A stretch of 64,000 nt of DNA, taken from contig NC_067401.1 of NCBI RefSeq assembly GCF_016432865.1, positions 483,972,001 to 484,036,000 of the forward strand, in the 5' to 3' direction. Of the stretch, positions 1-11,345 are shown piece by piece. The DNA comes from Antechinus flavipes. Lineage: Eukaryota. The notes below the pieces were generated by a model that saw only the letters and a program-made list of their open reading frames with translations, was not told where the DNA came from and searched no databases. A program made the translations under genes and the position numbers. Position 1 is the stretch's first letter. Each line of letters begins with the position of its first letter.

Positions 1-274
1 TCACATGATTTTTGTGAGGAAAGGGATTCATAAACAAAAAAATGCCACATTGCTACTCGTGACGCTATTTGACTTATTACTATTTAGATAGGACAATAGT
101 CAAGACACATCTCTTCAAATAACACAATTAGATAGACAAAAGCAAAAAAAGATATATCATAAAATGGATGTTGGTCCTGTCTCTAATATCAGCATTGCTG
201 AAGAGGTTCCACCATGTTTGTTTTGAGTTCTAGGTCCTTTGCCACATCATTTTGCTGAACAGTCACTTAAATAT

Positions 275-304
275 TTTTCATGAAATTTCTAAATTTCATG
301 AAAA
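275..304. repeat. Perfect 14-bp inverted repeat with 2-nt spacer
   Basis: ttttcatgaaattt-ct-aaatttcatgaaaa read directly. Confidence 0.9.
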
Positions 305-1183
305 TTAGAAATGTATCACATGTAAATAATATCTTTTAAATCCTGGATGAATTTTAGTTTATTATTGGCCATCCAAGGTGCCTTTTATAAGCTAACACTG
401 AGATTAACAAAGAGACGAATCTGTCCTAAGACTGTGATAAGAAAATGGCATTCTTTTTTTCTGGAGCCCTGTGTATGTTTATGAGATCCTGTTTAGGCTT
501 GTGTTAATATATAGCTCTATAAGTATGTTTTGAGATATTTTGAAAAAAAGACCTGTATCATACATATCATGACATGTTGACCTGACCATGTCTATGGGAG
601 TCTTGATCTTTGGCTTCTGAAGACCCTAATTATTGATATGTCACCTTTTGTTAGGTCATAGTCCCTGGAGAGAAATCTCATGATTATCTTGCAGTGAAAT
701 AATATTCTTCCTCTCAGTGGCTAAATGAATGTGAGGGCATGTAATGAAAGAATCCATTACATATTACGCAGGGTGAGAATCTGATTCCTTACCTTCTGAA
801 TTTAAACTTACCTTAGGAAGAACAGCATCCCTTGTGTGCTTAATTGTGACAATATTTTTTAATGATCACTCATAACTCTCTCAATAACTCCATTGTAAAT
901 TTTTTAATTTAATTTTTAAAAAAATTTGAATCATTTAAGAAATATTTTTGCTTGCTTAATATGCTCACATTTATCTCAACTACTTTTAAAATTAATTTTT
1001 TTGTTGTGATTGCTTCTATATCCCTATTTGAGAATGGGGCACTGACACTTATGCCTGATTTTTAAAAGTGGGTAGAAGGTTTTTTCCTTAGACAAATGTG
1101 GTGATGATAAATTGTGTATGGGCTGGATATTCATGAGAAGTGTGCTGTAATGAGATCTATTTCAAGGTAGCTTTATATTGCAA

Positions 1184-1337
1184 GAAAAAGAAGAATGAGG
1201 AGGAAAACAAGAAGCAACAGAAGGAGGAAGTGAAGGAGGAAGATAGAGGAGAAAAAAGGGAGGAAAAGAAGAGAAAAGAGAATTAAGGAAGAGGAGGAGG
1301 AGAAGCAGGAAGAGTAGGAATAATGAAGGAGGAAGAA
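1184..1337 (+). repeat. GA-rich low-complexity polypurine tract
   Basis: Degenerate (GGA/GAA)n run. Confidence 0.9.
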
Positions 1338-1449
1338 CTATTCTGAACTTTCCTGAATATCACAATCAAATTTAATCTCAAAGATGATGATCTAACCTTA
1401 CATTTATATATCATTCATACTTTATTGTCACAGCTAATACTTTCTAACA

Positions 1450-1749
1450 ATGATTTCTGAATTGTGGATCACGTATACATGTGGATCATGTATAGTCATT
1501 GCAAGGGGGTCTTCTATAGATTGAATACATAGTGTTTTGCACATATAGATATTTACTATACATACATTTTCAAATAAGTATAGGTACTAATGTGATGAAT
1601 ATAATACAAATTTCTTAGTTATTACTAACTTCATTTTTGTCATTTATTTTTCTACATTATTTATTCATAGTTCAATTGCCATTAGGTTGGATCTATACAT
1701 TTTTATATTTAAAATGTATTTTCATACTTGAAAAGATTGGGAACCATTG
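1450..1749. mobile_element. Old non-autonomous hAT-Charlie (MER-type) DNA transposon
   Basis: Right end aaaagattgggaaccattg resembles a Charlie TIR; left end (ca)atgatttctgaatt is a degenerate match; 8-bp TTCTAACA on both sides (1442-1449, 1750-1757). Confidence 0.6.
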
Positions 1750-2164
1750 TTCTAACACAGTCATTACCAGGGACTACTATATATTTTAGTGAGAGTGGAT
1801 TCACAGTGTCATTTAGGGTATGGACCATATGTCATGGGCCTTGGTACTAGACTCTACATATAGTAAGCACTATGTGAATTCTTTGGGTTGCTCTTAATAA
1901 TGTAGGAACAAGAAAAAGGTGTTTGTTGATTTGGAATGCCATTTTTCTTTTCCTCTTTTTTAGTTTCTTAAGGTTTATTGTTATTAGCACTACTACTAAT
2001 AATGATGATAGTTGGGATTTTTCTTTTTCCTTGTTTTTTTTAGTTTCTTAAGGTTTATTGTTATTAGTTAATAATAATACCAATAATAATGATGATAGTT
2101 GGGATTTTTGGGAGGGTTTTAGAGTATATTACATACATAACTCATTTGCATCCATGAAATAGAT

Positions 2165-2400
2165 AGCAGTGGATAGAAGGCTAAATCTGAAGCCAAGAAG
2201 AAAGATTTGAGATCAAGTCTGGCCTCAGACATTTACTAGCTTTGTGACTTTGAGCAAGTCACTTAAATCATGTCTCAGTTTCCTTTACTATAAAATAGGA
2301 ATATAATACCATGTACCTCTCAGGGTTGTTGAGAGAATCAAATGGAATACATTTATAAAGCACTTAGCATATTGCTTGACACATAATAGGCACCTAATAA
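2165..2400 (+). mobile_element. MIR SINE
   Basis: CORE (gtgactttgagcaagtcacttaa...ctcagtttcc) and MIR 3' end (gagaatcaaatg...agcacttagca). Confidence 0.85.
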
Positions 2401-2414
2401 AAATATCTTTTTTG

Positions 2415-2840
2415 GTTAAACATAGTAAAATATGTGTTAAATACAATATAGGTATACATATTTGTACAATTATCTTGCTGCAAATCAGATCAAAAAGGAA
2501 AAAATGAGAAAGAAAATAAAATTCAAGCAAACAACAACAAAAAGAGTGAAAATACCATGTTGTGATCCACCCTTAGTCCTTAGATATTCTCTCTTCATCA
2601 CAGAAGGCTCTCTGCACAAGATGCACAAGGCTCTCTTCAGCACAATACCATTGGAACTTGCCTGAATCTTCTCATTATTGAAAAGAGCCATGTCCATCAG
2701 AATTGATCATTGTATAATCTTGTTGTTGCAGTGTACAATGATCTTCTGGTTCTGCTCACTTCCCTCAACATCAGTTCGTGTGAGTCTCTCTTGGTCTCTC
2801 TGAAATCACCCTCCTGATTGTTTCTTATAGAACAATAATA
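2415..2840 (-). mobile_element. Marsupial L1 3' fragment lacking its terminal ~130 bp
   Basis: Similar to the other L1 3' ends in the window (e.g. 48930-49310). Confidence 0.85.
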
Positions 2841-2984
2841 TGGAATGCCATTTTTCTATATTAGTATTCTTCTGGTGTTGTTGAAAGGCTGCAAATCCTG
2901 AAGCATTATAATATCTAAGAATTGAAATGGAAAACCATCCAAAGGGCAGAGGAGAGGCAAATGATAGATATGATCAGGTTGGGC

Positions 2985-3140
2985 TGTCGTTGTTGTTTAG
3001 TGTTTCAGTTTGCTGACCCTCTGTGACTCCATTTAGGGTTTTCTTGGCAAAGATACTGGAATGTTTTGCCATTTTCTTTAGTGGATCCATTTAGTCAGGC
3101 AATCAGAGATTAAAATGACTTCCTTAATGTCACACCTCTA
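2985..3140 (-). mobile_element. Mar1-type CORE-SINE
   Basis: Diagnostic ttttcttggcaaagatactgga...ttgccattt and an RTE-like (CAA)n tail. Confidence 0.8.
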
Positions 3141-4138
3141 GAAAGGGCCTCAGCATATTGGTTGGACCCCTAGGGAAGAACTGATGGGAAGCTATGGGTA
3201 AGCATTGTACATGGATGGGTAATGATCTACATTTTTGAAGGTAATATCCATATAGCTTTAATTAAAATTTTCATGGTTTTTAAACAATATTTTTGCATTA
3301 CATTACTCCAGATCAGATCCAACCAAATGCTTGTGACCTGGAGATGCTGAGTCATCAGAATTTAGGGATCATGAATCAAGAAAACCTAAATATCAGGCAA
3401 AGGACGAGTATTTACTAAAATTGTATTAATTGTACAATGATGTCACTGTTGAACTAACTTACAAAGTCATATTATATTTTTCTAATTTTATATTATATTT
3501 AGCCCTTTCTCTGTATCTTCCTTTCTTTTCTCCAGCTCCCAAAGAGATTTTGGGACTATTTTGGGGGCCATTTGGTAGAGTGGTGCTCAGAGAAATATGC
3601 ACAGATGCATGGAAAGGAGTCCTTTCCATTTCCAAAAGCAAATTCCATTAACAGGACTAGGGCATGGAGTCTGCTTCCTCTTAGGTCTCCAATTCTTTTT
3701 ATATTCCTAAGTTGAATTTGGGCAGCTTTGTTGGCTAAGAGAAGGAACAGAGAAGCATTTAGTCTATTAGCAATATTCTCAATGGAGTAATGACAGCAGG
3801 GACAATATACAGTGTTAGCATTCTAATAGGTACAATTCAAAGAGTAAACAGAAGCAGCTAAATTTCATGGTTAATAGGAAGCTATCTCACACAGCACAAT
3901 TGAAACAAGGCTGTCCAAAGACACCGCTAATGAAAACAGTGACTTTCCAAATGAAATTGTATTTAGCAAGTATTTTCCCCTAGATGTACTTGGCAAAATG
4001 TTTGCCTTCAAAATTACTGTTCTGCATTGCTTAATGCATTGTTAACTGGGATCTGGGATGTGTGGCAGGAGCAGAGGAGAAATAAATGATGATTTCTTCT
4101 GAAAGAAAGCTCCTGTACTGATTCTCTTTGTAACTCAC

Positions 4139-4284
4139 CATCTCGGCAATCGAAGCTGCTCCCAGAATAAAAGCCCACAAATCATGAAAAGCTGCAGAGT
4201 GTTGTCAGGTATTATTTGTGTATTATTATGGTTTTTTTGTTGGTTGGAGAAGACATGTAAATAGGAAGAATTAGAAAAATGGAG
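4139..4284 (-). other. Candidate exon ending in ATG|GTGAGT
   Basis: gccgagATG (4141-4139) directly followed by GTGAGT (4138-4133); TE-free, CpGs retained; 5' limit uncertain (possible acceptor ttttaacag ending at 4285). Confidence 0.4.
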
Positions 4285-4780
4285 CTGTTAAAATAAGTTA
4301 TAATGAATCTCACATCTAACGAAACGGGAATAAAAGTACAATGACAACACATTTTCTTCATTCTAAATAGAATTTCTGTCTGATGGTTAAGCCCTATTAA
4401 TTGGATATTTTAGCTACTTACCAAGGAGGAAGACTGTAATAAATATCCTTTTCTGCAAAGTGATAAAATGAAGCTATTAGAATATTTGGGCAAATCCCCT
4501 CCCCTTCCACTAACTTCCTCTCTACTCTGTGCTTACTTTTGTTTTTGCTGAATGTCAGGCTATACCATTATCAGAATATGGATATGTTAATTAAAAGAAC
4601 ATTTTGAGGCATGTCATTAGAAAACTCCAGCATGAAAGTATTTGAGAGTGGAATCCTAAGAAAGACAATAGGGATCCCATGAGTGTTATAAAGGCTCCCA
4701 ATTTACTAGAAAGCAAAGCTCAAGTGGACCATATCTTTTATAGCACTACTGGGTTTCACATTGTAGCTCTTAGGAATAAA

Positions 4781-4857
4781 CACACACACACATACACACA
4801 TATCTGTATATATGTGCATATATATACACACACATACATATGAGTGTATGTATGTAT
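4781..4857. repeat. Compound (CA)n/(TA)n microsatellite
   Basis: Read directly. Confidence 0.9.
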
Positions 4858-5249
4858 CATTACTTACACTTAAGCCAAAGATGACTTACAAGTTTCACTT
4901 CCTCCCACAAGATGGGGGCTCAAAAATTCTTGTTGAATTGAATACTAGTGATGAAAAATCTTAAAACAAAGATCCTTAACAATACATTAGAAAAGAAATT
5001 AGGAAAAAATTCCTCTTGGAATCCCTAGGACATAGCTCAGATGACACCTCTTACATGAAAGCTTCATGAATTACTTCCCCATTATTAATGCCTCCTCACT
5101 CTTGATATTATTTAGTATTATTATGTGTACCCTTTGTACTTACTTGAATTGGAAGTCAGGACTTGAATCTGAATTCTAACTCTGACAGCCTGTAAAATGA
5201 AAGAGCAGGACTAGATGATCTTAAGTTTTTTCTAATTATAGGTCTAGGA

Positions 5250-5283
<34 letters not shown>

Positions 5284-5451
5284 TTGCAAACCTATCAAGA
5301 TTAAATGGCTTGTCCGGGATCACACAGCTTGTATGAGTCATGTCTGAAGTTTGATTTGAACTCAGGTCTTCCTCATGCTCCACATCACCCAGCTTTGATT
5401 GGAACTCAGGTTTTTCCTGATACCCTTTCTACTGTGCCCTCTAGCTGCCCC
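5250..5451 (-). mobile_element. tRNA-derived CORE-SINE (WSINE1/SINE1_Mdo-like) with (AAT)n tail and duplicated B-box segment
   Basis: 5' end GGGGCAGCTAG (ctagctgcccc 5441-5451); B-box segment at 5351-5373 and 5395-5418; (ATT)n at 5250-5284. Confidence 0.8.
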
Positions 5452-5496
5452 AATATTGCTTTTTTGTGTCCTCTCAATGGAGTGTAAACTCTCCCA

Positions 5497-5828
5497 ATTA
5501 AGTCAAGGCCATAAGCATTGGGTAAGTACTTATTTTGTGCCAGGAACCATCAGTGCTAAGCACTGGACATACAAAGAATGGTAGAAACAACTCCTGCCCT
5601 CAAAGAGTTCCCAGTCTGATCAAGGTGACAACATGAAAACAATCATGTACAAATAATATATAGATGCAGGATAAATTGGAGACAATCATCAGAAGGAAGA
5701 CATGAGAATTAAGAAGAATCAAAAACGATTTTTGCAAAAGATGGGATTTGAGTTGGGTTTTGGAAGAAGTTGAGAAATGAAGAATGAGAGAATTCTAGGC
5801 ATGGGGAAAAGCCAGTGAGCAGAGACCA
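5497..5828 (-). mobile_element. L2 LINE 3' fragment
   Basis: L2 motifs ...tgtgccagg...gctaagcactgg...ctgccctcaaagag. Confidence 0.75.
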
Positions 5829-7285
5829 TTATGCATCTGTTTTTGTATCTCTAGGTCTTGCCACAGTGTCATATAAAGAGCAGACAGGGTAAATGCTGAA
5901 TTGAATTAAATTCTAAAAAATTAAGAATGACCAATAGTAAATATAGTTCAAAGATGAAGAGATTTTTAGTTTTTTTAAAAAGCCCTTTTCTGAAGTGTCA
6001 GAAATGTATTCTCACATCAACAGTGCAATATTTCTATGATTCATATTTATTATTAAAAATCTGATAAACTTATTTTCAAAAAAGGAGCTTTGCTTACTTC
6101 CATATACTTTAACTATATGCCCCCTTATTAAATTACAGGCTGCCCCTCAGTATGTATTTGGATGGTGTTCTAAAAATGACTTATTTGGAATTTGCAGTTT
6201 TCTTCTAAAATAAAATCAAGCCATAAAGGAGAGTTGGTTGTTAGACTGATTTGCAGCAATTGATTTAGCCTATGATAGATTTGTAAGGTAGTAGAAATGG
6301 TTTCCATCCTGAAATCTCTTTAATCCTTCTGGAGCTCCTCTGATTCCTGAGCCTGCACCCCTCTGAAACCTGAGGTTTGAACACCTATGAACCTTTGACC
6401 CTTAAGTGAGTAGAGAGGGGTGTGAGGATAGATGGGGATGTAGATCTAGTGACTTCCATAGCAATAGTATGGTGCTACTGAAGTAAAGTGGGAAAAGCTT
6501 CAAAGGGGTATTCCAGTGTCAGGAAATTCAATTCAAATAACATTTATGAAGTGCAAAGCATTTTTTTGTGGGGGAGAAGGGAGGATGTTGGAAATGTAAA
6601 GACCAAATATGATGTGTTATCTTATAGTAACTCACATTCTGAGCAGCATTAGCTGTTTGCATGAATATTCAGACCAAAATTAGTTATTTATTTTACATTG
6701 GACTAAGGACAGATCTTTTCTTATTGATGTTTTTGTTAGACCCAGTGTTATAAGTCCCATACTTGTAAAACTGTAAGGAAGCTATTCATTGTGAAGGGTA
6801 AAAGTAGACTCCTGTGAAGTGAATCTATGTGAGAAATGTGACATTTGAAGGGCAATACTACTCTTTATCTCATCCCCCCCTTCGTCTCTCCTTTTCATTA
6901 TAATTTTGCCTTTCCTTCTATTTTATTCCTCCTTTCCATCCCTTGATTTCCAGGGCATCCACAATCATGGAGCTGACACTGGGATTATTCAGGATTACTG
7001 ATCTCTAGAATGGAATTTTCCCTTTTTTCATTAGGCCACAAATTTATAGTTTTAAAGCTGGGATCATATAGTCATATATATATAACTATATGTCATATAG
7101 TTCTTATCCTGGGCTCTGTGCACAGATTTCAGAAAGTCTATAAAACTTGAATGAGGAAAGCTATGTTTTAATTTTCATTAATTTCTTAATAAAATTTAGT
7201 ATTTGATTGTAACTGTAGGCAATTAAAATATTGTGGAGTCAGTCAGGATCACACAAAACTTAGTGGCTTCCACATTAAAGGAGTT

Positions 7286-8030
7286 AAGGGCTTGAAATTT
7301 GATATTCTGGAAGGCAAAGGAACCTTATAACCAAGGATTACAACAAGAATAACCAACCAGCAAAACTGAGTATAATCTTTCAGGGGAAAATGTATGTTTA
7401 ATGAAATAGAGGACTTTCAAACATTCCTGATGAAAAGACTAGAGCTGAATAGAAAATTTGATATTCAAACAGAAGATTCAAGAGAAACATAAAAGGTAAA
7501 CATGAAAGAGTAATCATAAGGGACTCAAGAAAGTTAAACTGTTTGAATTCTTGTATGGGAAGATGATACATATAACTTTTAAGAGCTTTATCATTATTAA
7601 GGCAGCTAAAAAGAATTTACATAGAGAACATAGATGTGAGCTTATTATGTTGGAATGATCTCAAAAAATGAGGGGTTGAAAAAAAAGATAAGCACCAGGA
7701 GAAGAGGAACAGGAGAGGTAGAATGAGGAAAATTTCATCACATAAAAGAGACATGCAAAGAAGAGCTTTTATAGTGGAAGGAAAAATGGTGATGACTAAT
7801 GCACATTAGCATTGGTTCAAAGAGAGAAGAATATATTACACAGTGAGAAACAGATCTCATCCAATAAGCAAATAAGGGAAAAGGATAAGAGAAAGGGGAA
7901 GAAGGATAAAAGTGAGAAAAACTAAGAGATCATTCTGCACAGTAATAGTAATGTTGGAATGCTGACCAATTGTAAAAGACTTGGCTATTCTGATCAATAC
8001 AATAATCCCAAAACAATTCCAAAGGTCTCA
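7286..8030 (+). mobile_element. Old L1: ORF1 C-terminus and spacer joined to the ORF2 end/3'UTR (continues at 9586-9880)
   Basis: Translates KPAKLSIIFQGK..FNEIEDFQTFLMKRLELNRKFD (L1 ORF1 C-terminus); 3'UTR-type sequence from ~7910. Confidence 0.75.
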
Positions 8031-8035
8031 CAGTG

Positions 8036-9584
8036 ATTCACTGACTGCATTGTGGATCACAACAAAATGTGGCTAATTCCTCAATGATATGGAAGTGCCA
8101 GATCCCCTTACTTGTCTCCTGAGGAACCTGAATGCAGATCAAAATATAATAGAACTGAATATGTAACTGATTGGTTTAAGATTGGGAAAGGAGTATTAAA
8201 ACATTACATATTGTCATCTTGTTTATTTGACTTATATGCAGGGTGCATCATGCAAAATGCCAGGCTGGATGAATCAAAAACTGGAATTAAGATTTCTGGG
8301 AGAAATCCTATCAATCTCAGATATGCAGATGATCCCACTCTGATGACAGAAGATGAAGAAGAATTAAGAAATCCCTTGCCGAACACAAAAGAGGAGAGTG
8401 TGAAAACTTACTTGAAGTTTACATAAAAATCTCTCAGATTATGGTAACTTGTCCTATCATTTCCTGACAAATGGAGGGAAAAGAATTGGAAACAGTGTCA
8501 GATTTTATGTTTTTGAGCTCAAAGTTCATTATAGATGATGCTTGCAGCCATGAAATAAAAGGATGCATGCTCCTTGGGAGGAAAGATATGGAAAATTTGA
8601 ACTGCGTGCTAAAAAGCAGAGATACCTTTCTGGAAAAGGTTCATATAATCAAAGCAATATTTTTTTCAATGAAAATGTGACATTGGACTATAAGGAAAGA
8701 TGAGTGCAAAACAAGTGCTTTTGAATTGTGGGGCTAGAGAAGACTTTGAGAGTCCATTGGACAACAAGAAGATCAAATAAGTCACTACTTAAAGAAATTA
8801 ATTCAGATTATTCACTGGAAGATCAAATATTGAAGCTGAAACTTTAATACTTTGGCTACATAATGAGAAGACAAGACTCATTGAAAAAGACTGTTGTTCA
8901 ATATGATATGATGATCAATTCTGATGACGTGACTCTCTTCAACAATAACATGATCCAAACCAGTTCCAATTGTTCAGTAATGAAGAGAATCAGCTATACC
9001 CAGAGAGAGAACTATGAGAAATGAGTGTGGACCACAACATAGCATTTCCACTCTTTCTGTTATTGTTTGTTTGCATTTTTGTTTTCCTTCTCAGGTTTTT
9101 TTTTTAACCTTCTTTCTAGATTCAATCTTTCTTGAGCAGCAAGATAACTGTATAAATATGTATAAAAATGTATAAATATAAATATTGTATTTCATATATA
9201 CTTTAACATATTTAACATGTATTGGACTACCTGCTATCTTGGGGAAGGGGTAGGAGGAAGGAGGGGAAAAGTTGGAACAGAAGGTTTTGTAAGGGTCAAC
9301 ATTGAAAAATTACCCATGCATATGTTTTGTCAATAAAAAAGCTACAATAAAAAATAAAAAATGAAAAATAAAAATTAAAAAAAAGAAAAAGACTGTTGGA
9401 AAAGATTGAAGACAAAAAGAAAAGGGGACAGCAGAATTTGGCATGGAGAGATAGTGTCATGGAAGCAATGAACATGAGCTTGGACAGACTTCTGGAGACA
9501 ATGGAGGACAGAACAACATAATGCTACGGTTCATGGGGTCACAAAGAGTCAGCTATGACTGGACAACTGAATGACAATAACAAC
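8036..9584 (+). mobile_element. BovB-type RTE LINE, 5'-truncated and decayed, interrupted by an L1
   Basis: RT motif GIKISGRNPINLRYADD (YADD 8322-8333), CSHEIKGCMLLGRK; BovB-type 3' end ending in a CAA-like tail. Confidence 0.92.
8897..9384 (+). mobile_element. 5'-truncated L1 inserted in BovB
   Basis: 14-bp TSD gaaaaagactgttg (8883-8896, 9385-9398); AATAAA and A-rich tail. Confidence 0.93.
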
Positions 9585-9585
9585 A

Positions 9586-9880
9586 TGATGAAAAAATGCT
9601 ATCCTCCTCCAAAGAGAAAACTGATGAATTTTGAGTGCAAGCTGAAGCATAATGTTCTCATTTTGTATTTTTCTTGTTTTTTTGAAATATGGCTGAGAGA
9701 AATATGTTTTGCATGATTTCATATATATAATTGATATATTACTTGACTTCTCTTTGGGTAGGGGAACAGAAGAGGAGAGAAATTAGATCTCAAAATTTAA
9801 AAAAAGAATGTTTAAGATAAATAAGTAAAAATAAGCTTAAAATAAAGTTAAAAATGAAAATTAAGAAAGAAAAGAAGAAA
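9586..9880 (+). mobile_element. 3'UTR and A-rich tail of the old L1 interrupted by BovB
   Basis: Resumes at tgatgaaaaaatgctatcc, the expected continuation of ...ccaaaggtctca (8030). Confidence 0.75.
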
Positions 9881-10904
9881 TGAGTGATTTGGGGTACTTG
9901 AGAAATCAGGGTCACAGGGTAGCGAGAGGGGGGAAGAAATCCACTGGGTGAACAAGCTCCTTTTTAAAATAGGAAAAAGACTCACAGAGTGCATGAGCTT
10001 TGGGAAATTTTAATTAAGCTCACTGGAAAAACCTTTAAGAAAAGCAAGAACTGGCAATCACCAATGAGTCTTGCCTGATTTATCTTCAAGTAATTTTCAT
10101 ATTTATTAAAATATTCAGCGTGAGGATGAAAACTCCCTTTGCTCACTGCTTATTGTCAGTTCACCTAGTTTGAAAGGGTCACTGGAGCTTTTTGACAGAT
10201 GCATTTAAAAAGTTTGTTTCAGTGTAGTTTTTGATGGGGCCCCATCATGTCTTTGGAATACCAAACTCTCACTGACTTTAGTGGGGGATTCTGGTCTATA
10301 TAAGCCTACAGGATTCGGCAAGAGCAGCTTGCATCTCCTTAACTGTGACTTGTAAATCTCAGAAGGTAGTCAGTCCCCTCTGCCTTAGCAATGTATACTG
10401 GGAAATATTTGTGTAGGTGTCGGAAGGGGGTGATGAAGATGACTATTTTTTTTGCTAGCCACTCTGAAGAAACACCAGTCTTTCTAGGGCGTGCTAAACC
10501 AGGTCATTGGCTATGATCAAGTATGACCCTGGTAGGTTCTATACCTATATCGTATGTTTGTATGTAACACTCAAAACCAGGATTTTCTTTGGAACTCATG
10601 AATACTTTTCTCAGTTTTAAATTAAATAGCAGCTTTAGTTTTCTTTTCACTTTCCCTTGCCCCAGTTTGGGTGGAGAAAATGTGGGAATACTATAAACAG
10701 CAATATGTTTTTTTTTTAATCTCCTCTAAACTAGCCTGAAGGGATTTGTTCACAAGAGTTTGAGTCTCTAGTGAGCTGCTCACAGTAGTTCTTTAAATGA
10801 GTTAAAAATATTTCCTCCATAAAAAATAAATGGCAAAGCATAGGACTGGAAAGAATCCTAGAGTTCATGGCAACCAACTTCTTCATTGTGCATATAAAGG
10901 AAGT

Positions 10905-11345
10905 GAGGTATCCATTTTAGGAAACACATTAATGAGTTAGAGAACATCGAGAGGAAGCCAGCCAGCATGGTAAAAGTCTTTGAGATAATTCTACATGAAC
11001 TGATTGGAGAAACAACAGATGATCTAGAGGATGGCCTAGGATCTGTCTCCAAATATCTGAAAATAAGTTCTACAGAGGAGGAATTTAACTTGTTCTATGT
11101 GGTTCTACAGGGTACAACAATGAGTAGAAGTTACAAAGAAGCCAACAGTCTTGATGTTAGGAAAAGCTTCCTAACCATAAGAACTATCCAAAAGTGGAAT
11201 GTGTCACTTGGGATGCTAGTGGATTCCTTCTCATTAGAGATAATCAGCAGAGGATAGATGATCCCTTTACAGATCCCCTTTTTTTTACCCCTTTACAGGT
11301 AAGAATGGAGTTTTGTTCAAGTATGGATTGGACTAGATAATGACT
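10905..11345 (+). mobile_element. L3/CR1 LINE 3' fragment
   Basis: CR1-like 3' motifs (aggaaaagcttcctaaccataagaactatccaaaagtggaat...ggactagat). Confidence 0.7.

Larger units (their letters stand above)
1932..2857 (-). mobile_element. TSD-bracketed retroposed composite (poly(A) tail, unique DNA, MIR, L1 3' fragment)
   Basis: 17-bp direct repeat tggaatgccatttttct at 1932-1948 and 2841-2857; T-tract next to the left TSD; minus-strand AATAAA at 1974-1979. Confidence 0.8.

Noticed and set aside
4184-4214. Plus-strand mini-exon MKSCRVLS with CAG|GTATTA
   Set aside because: Weak donor; overlaps the stronger minus-strand ATG|GTGAGT signal; no recognisable protein. Kept only as a caveat.
5250-5451. 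tRNA gene (A/B-box-like motifs here and in MIR heads)
   Set aside because: These are SINE heads followed by CORE and a tail; no cloverleaf
8112-8680. RT-like ORFs as a functional gene
   Set aside because: Frameshifted, stop-ridden BovB remnants
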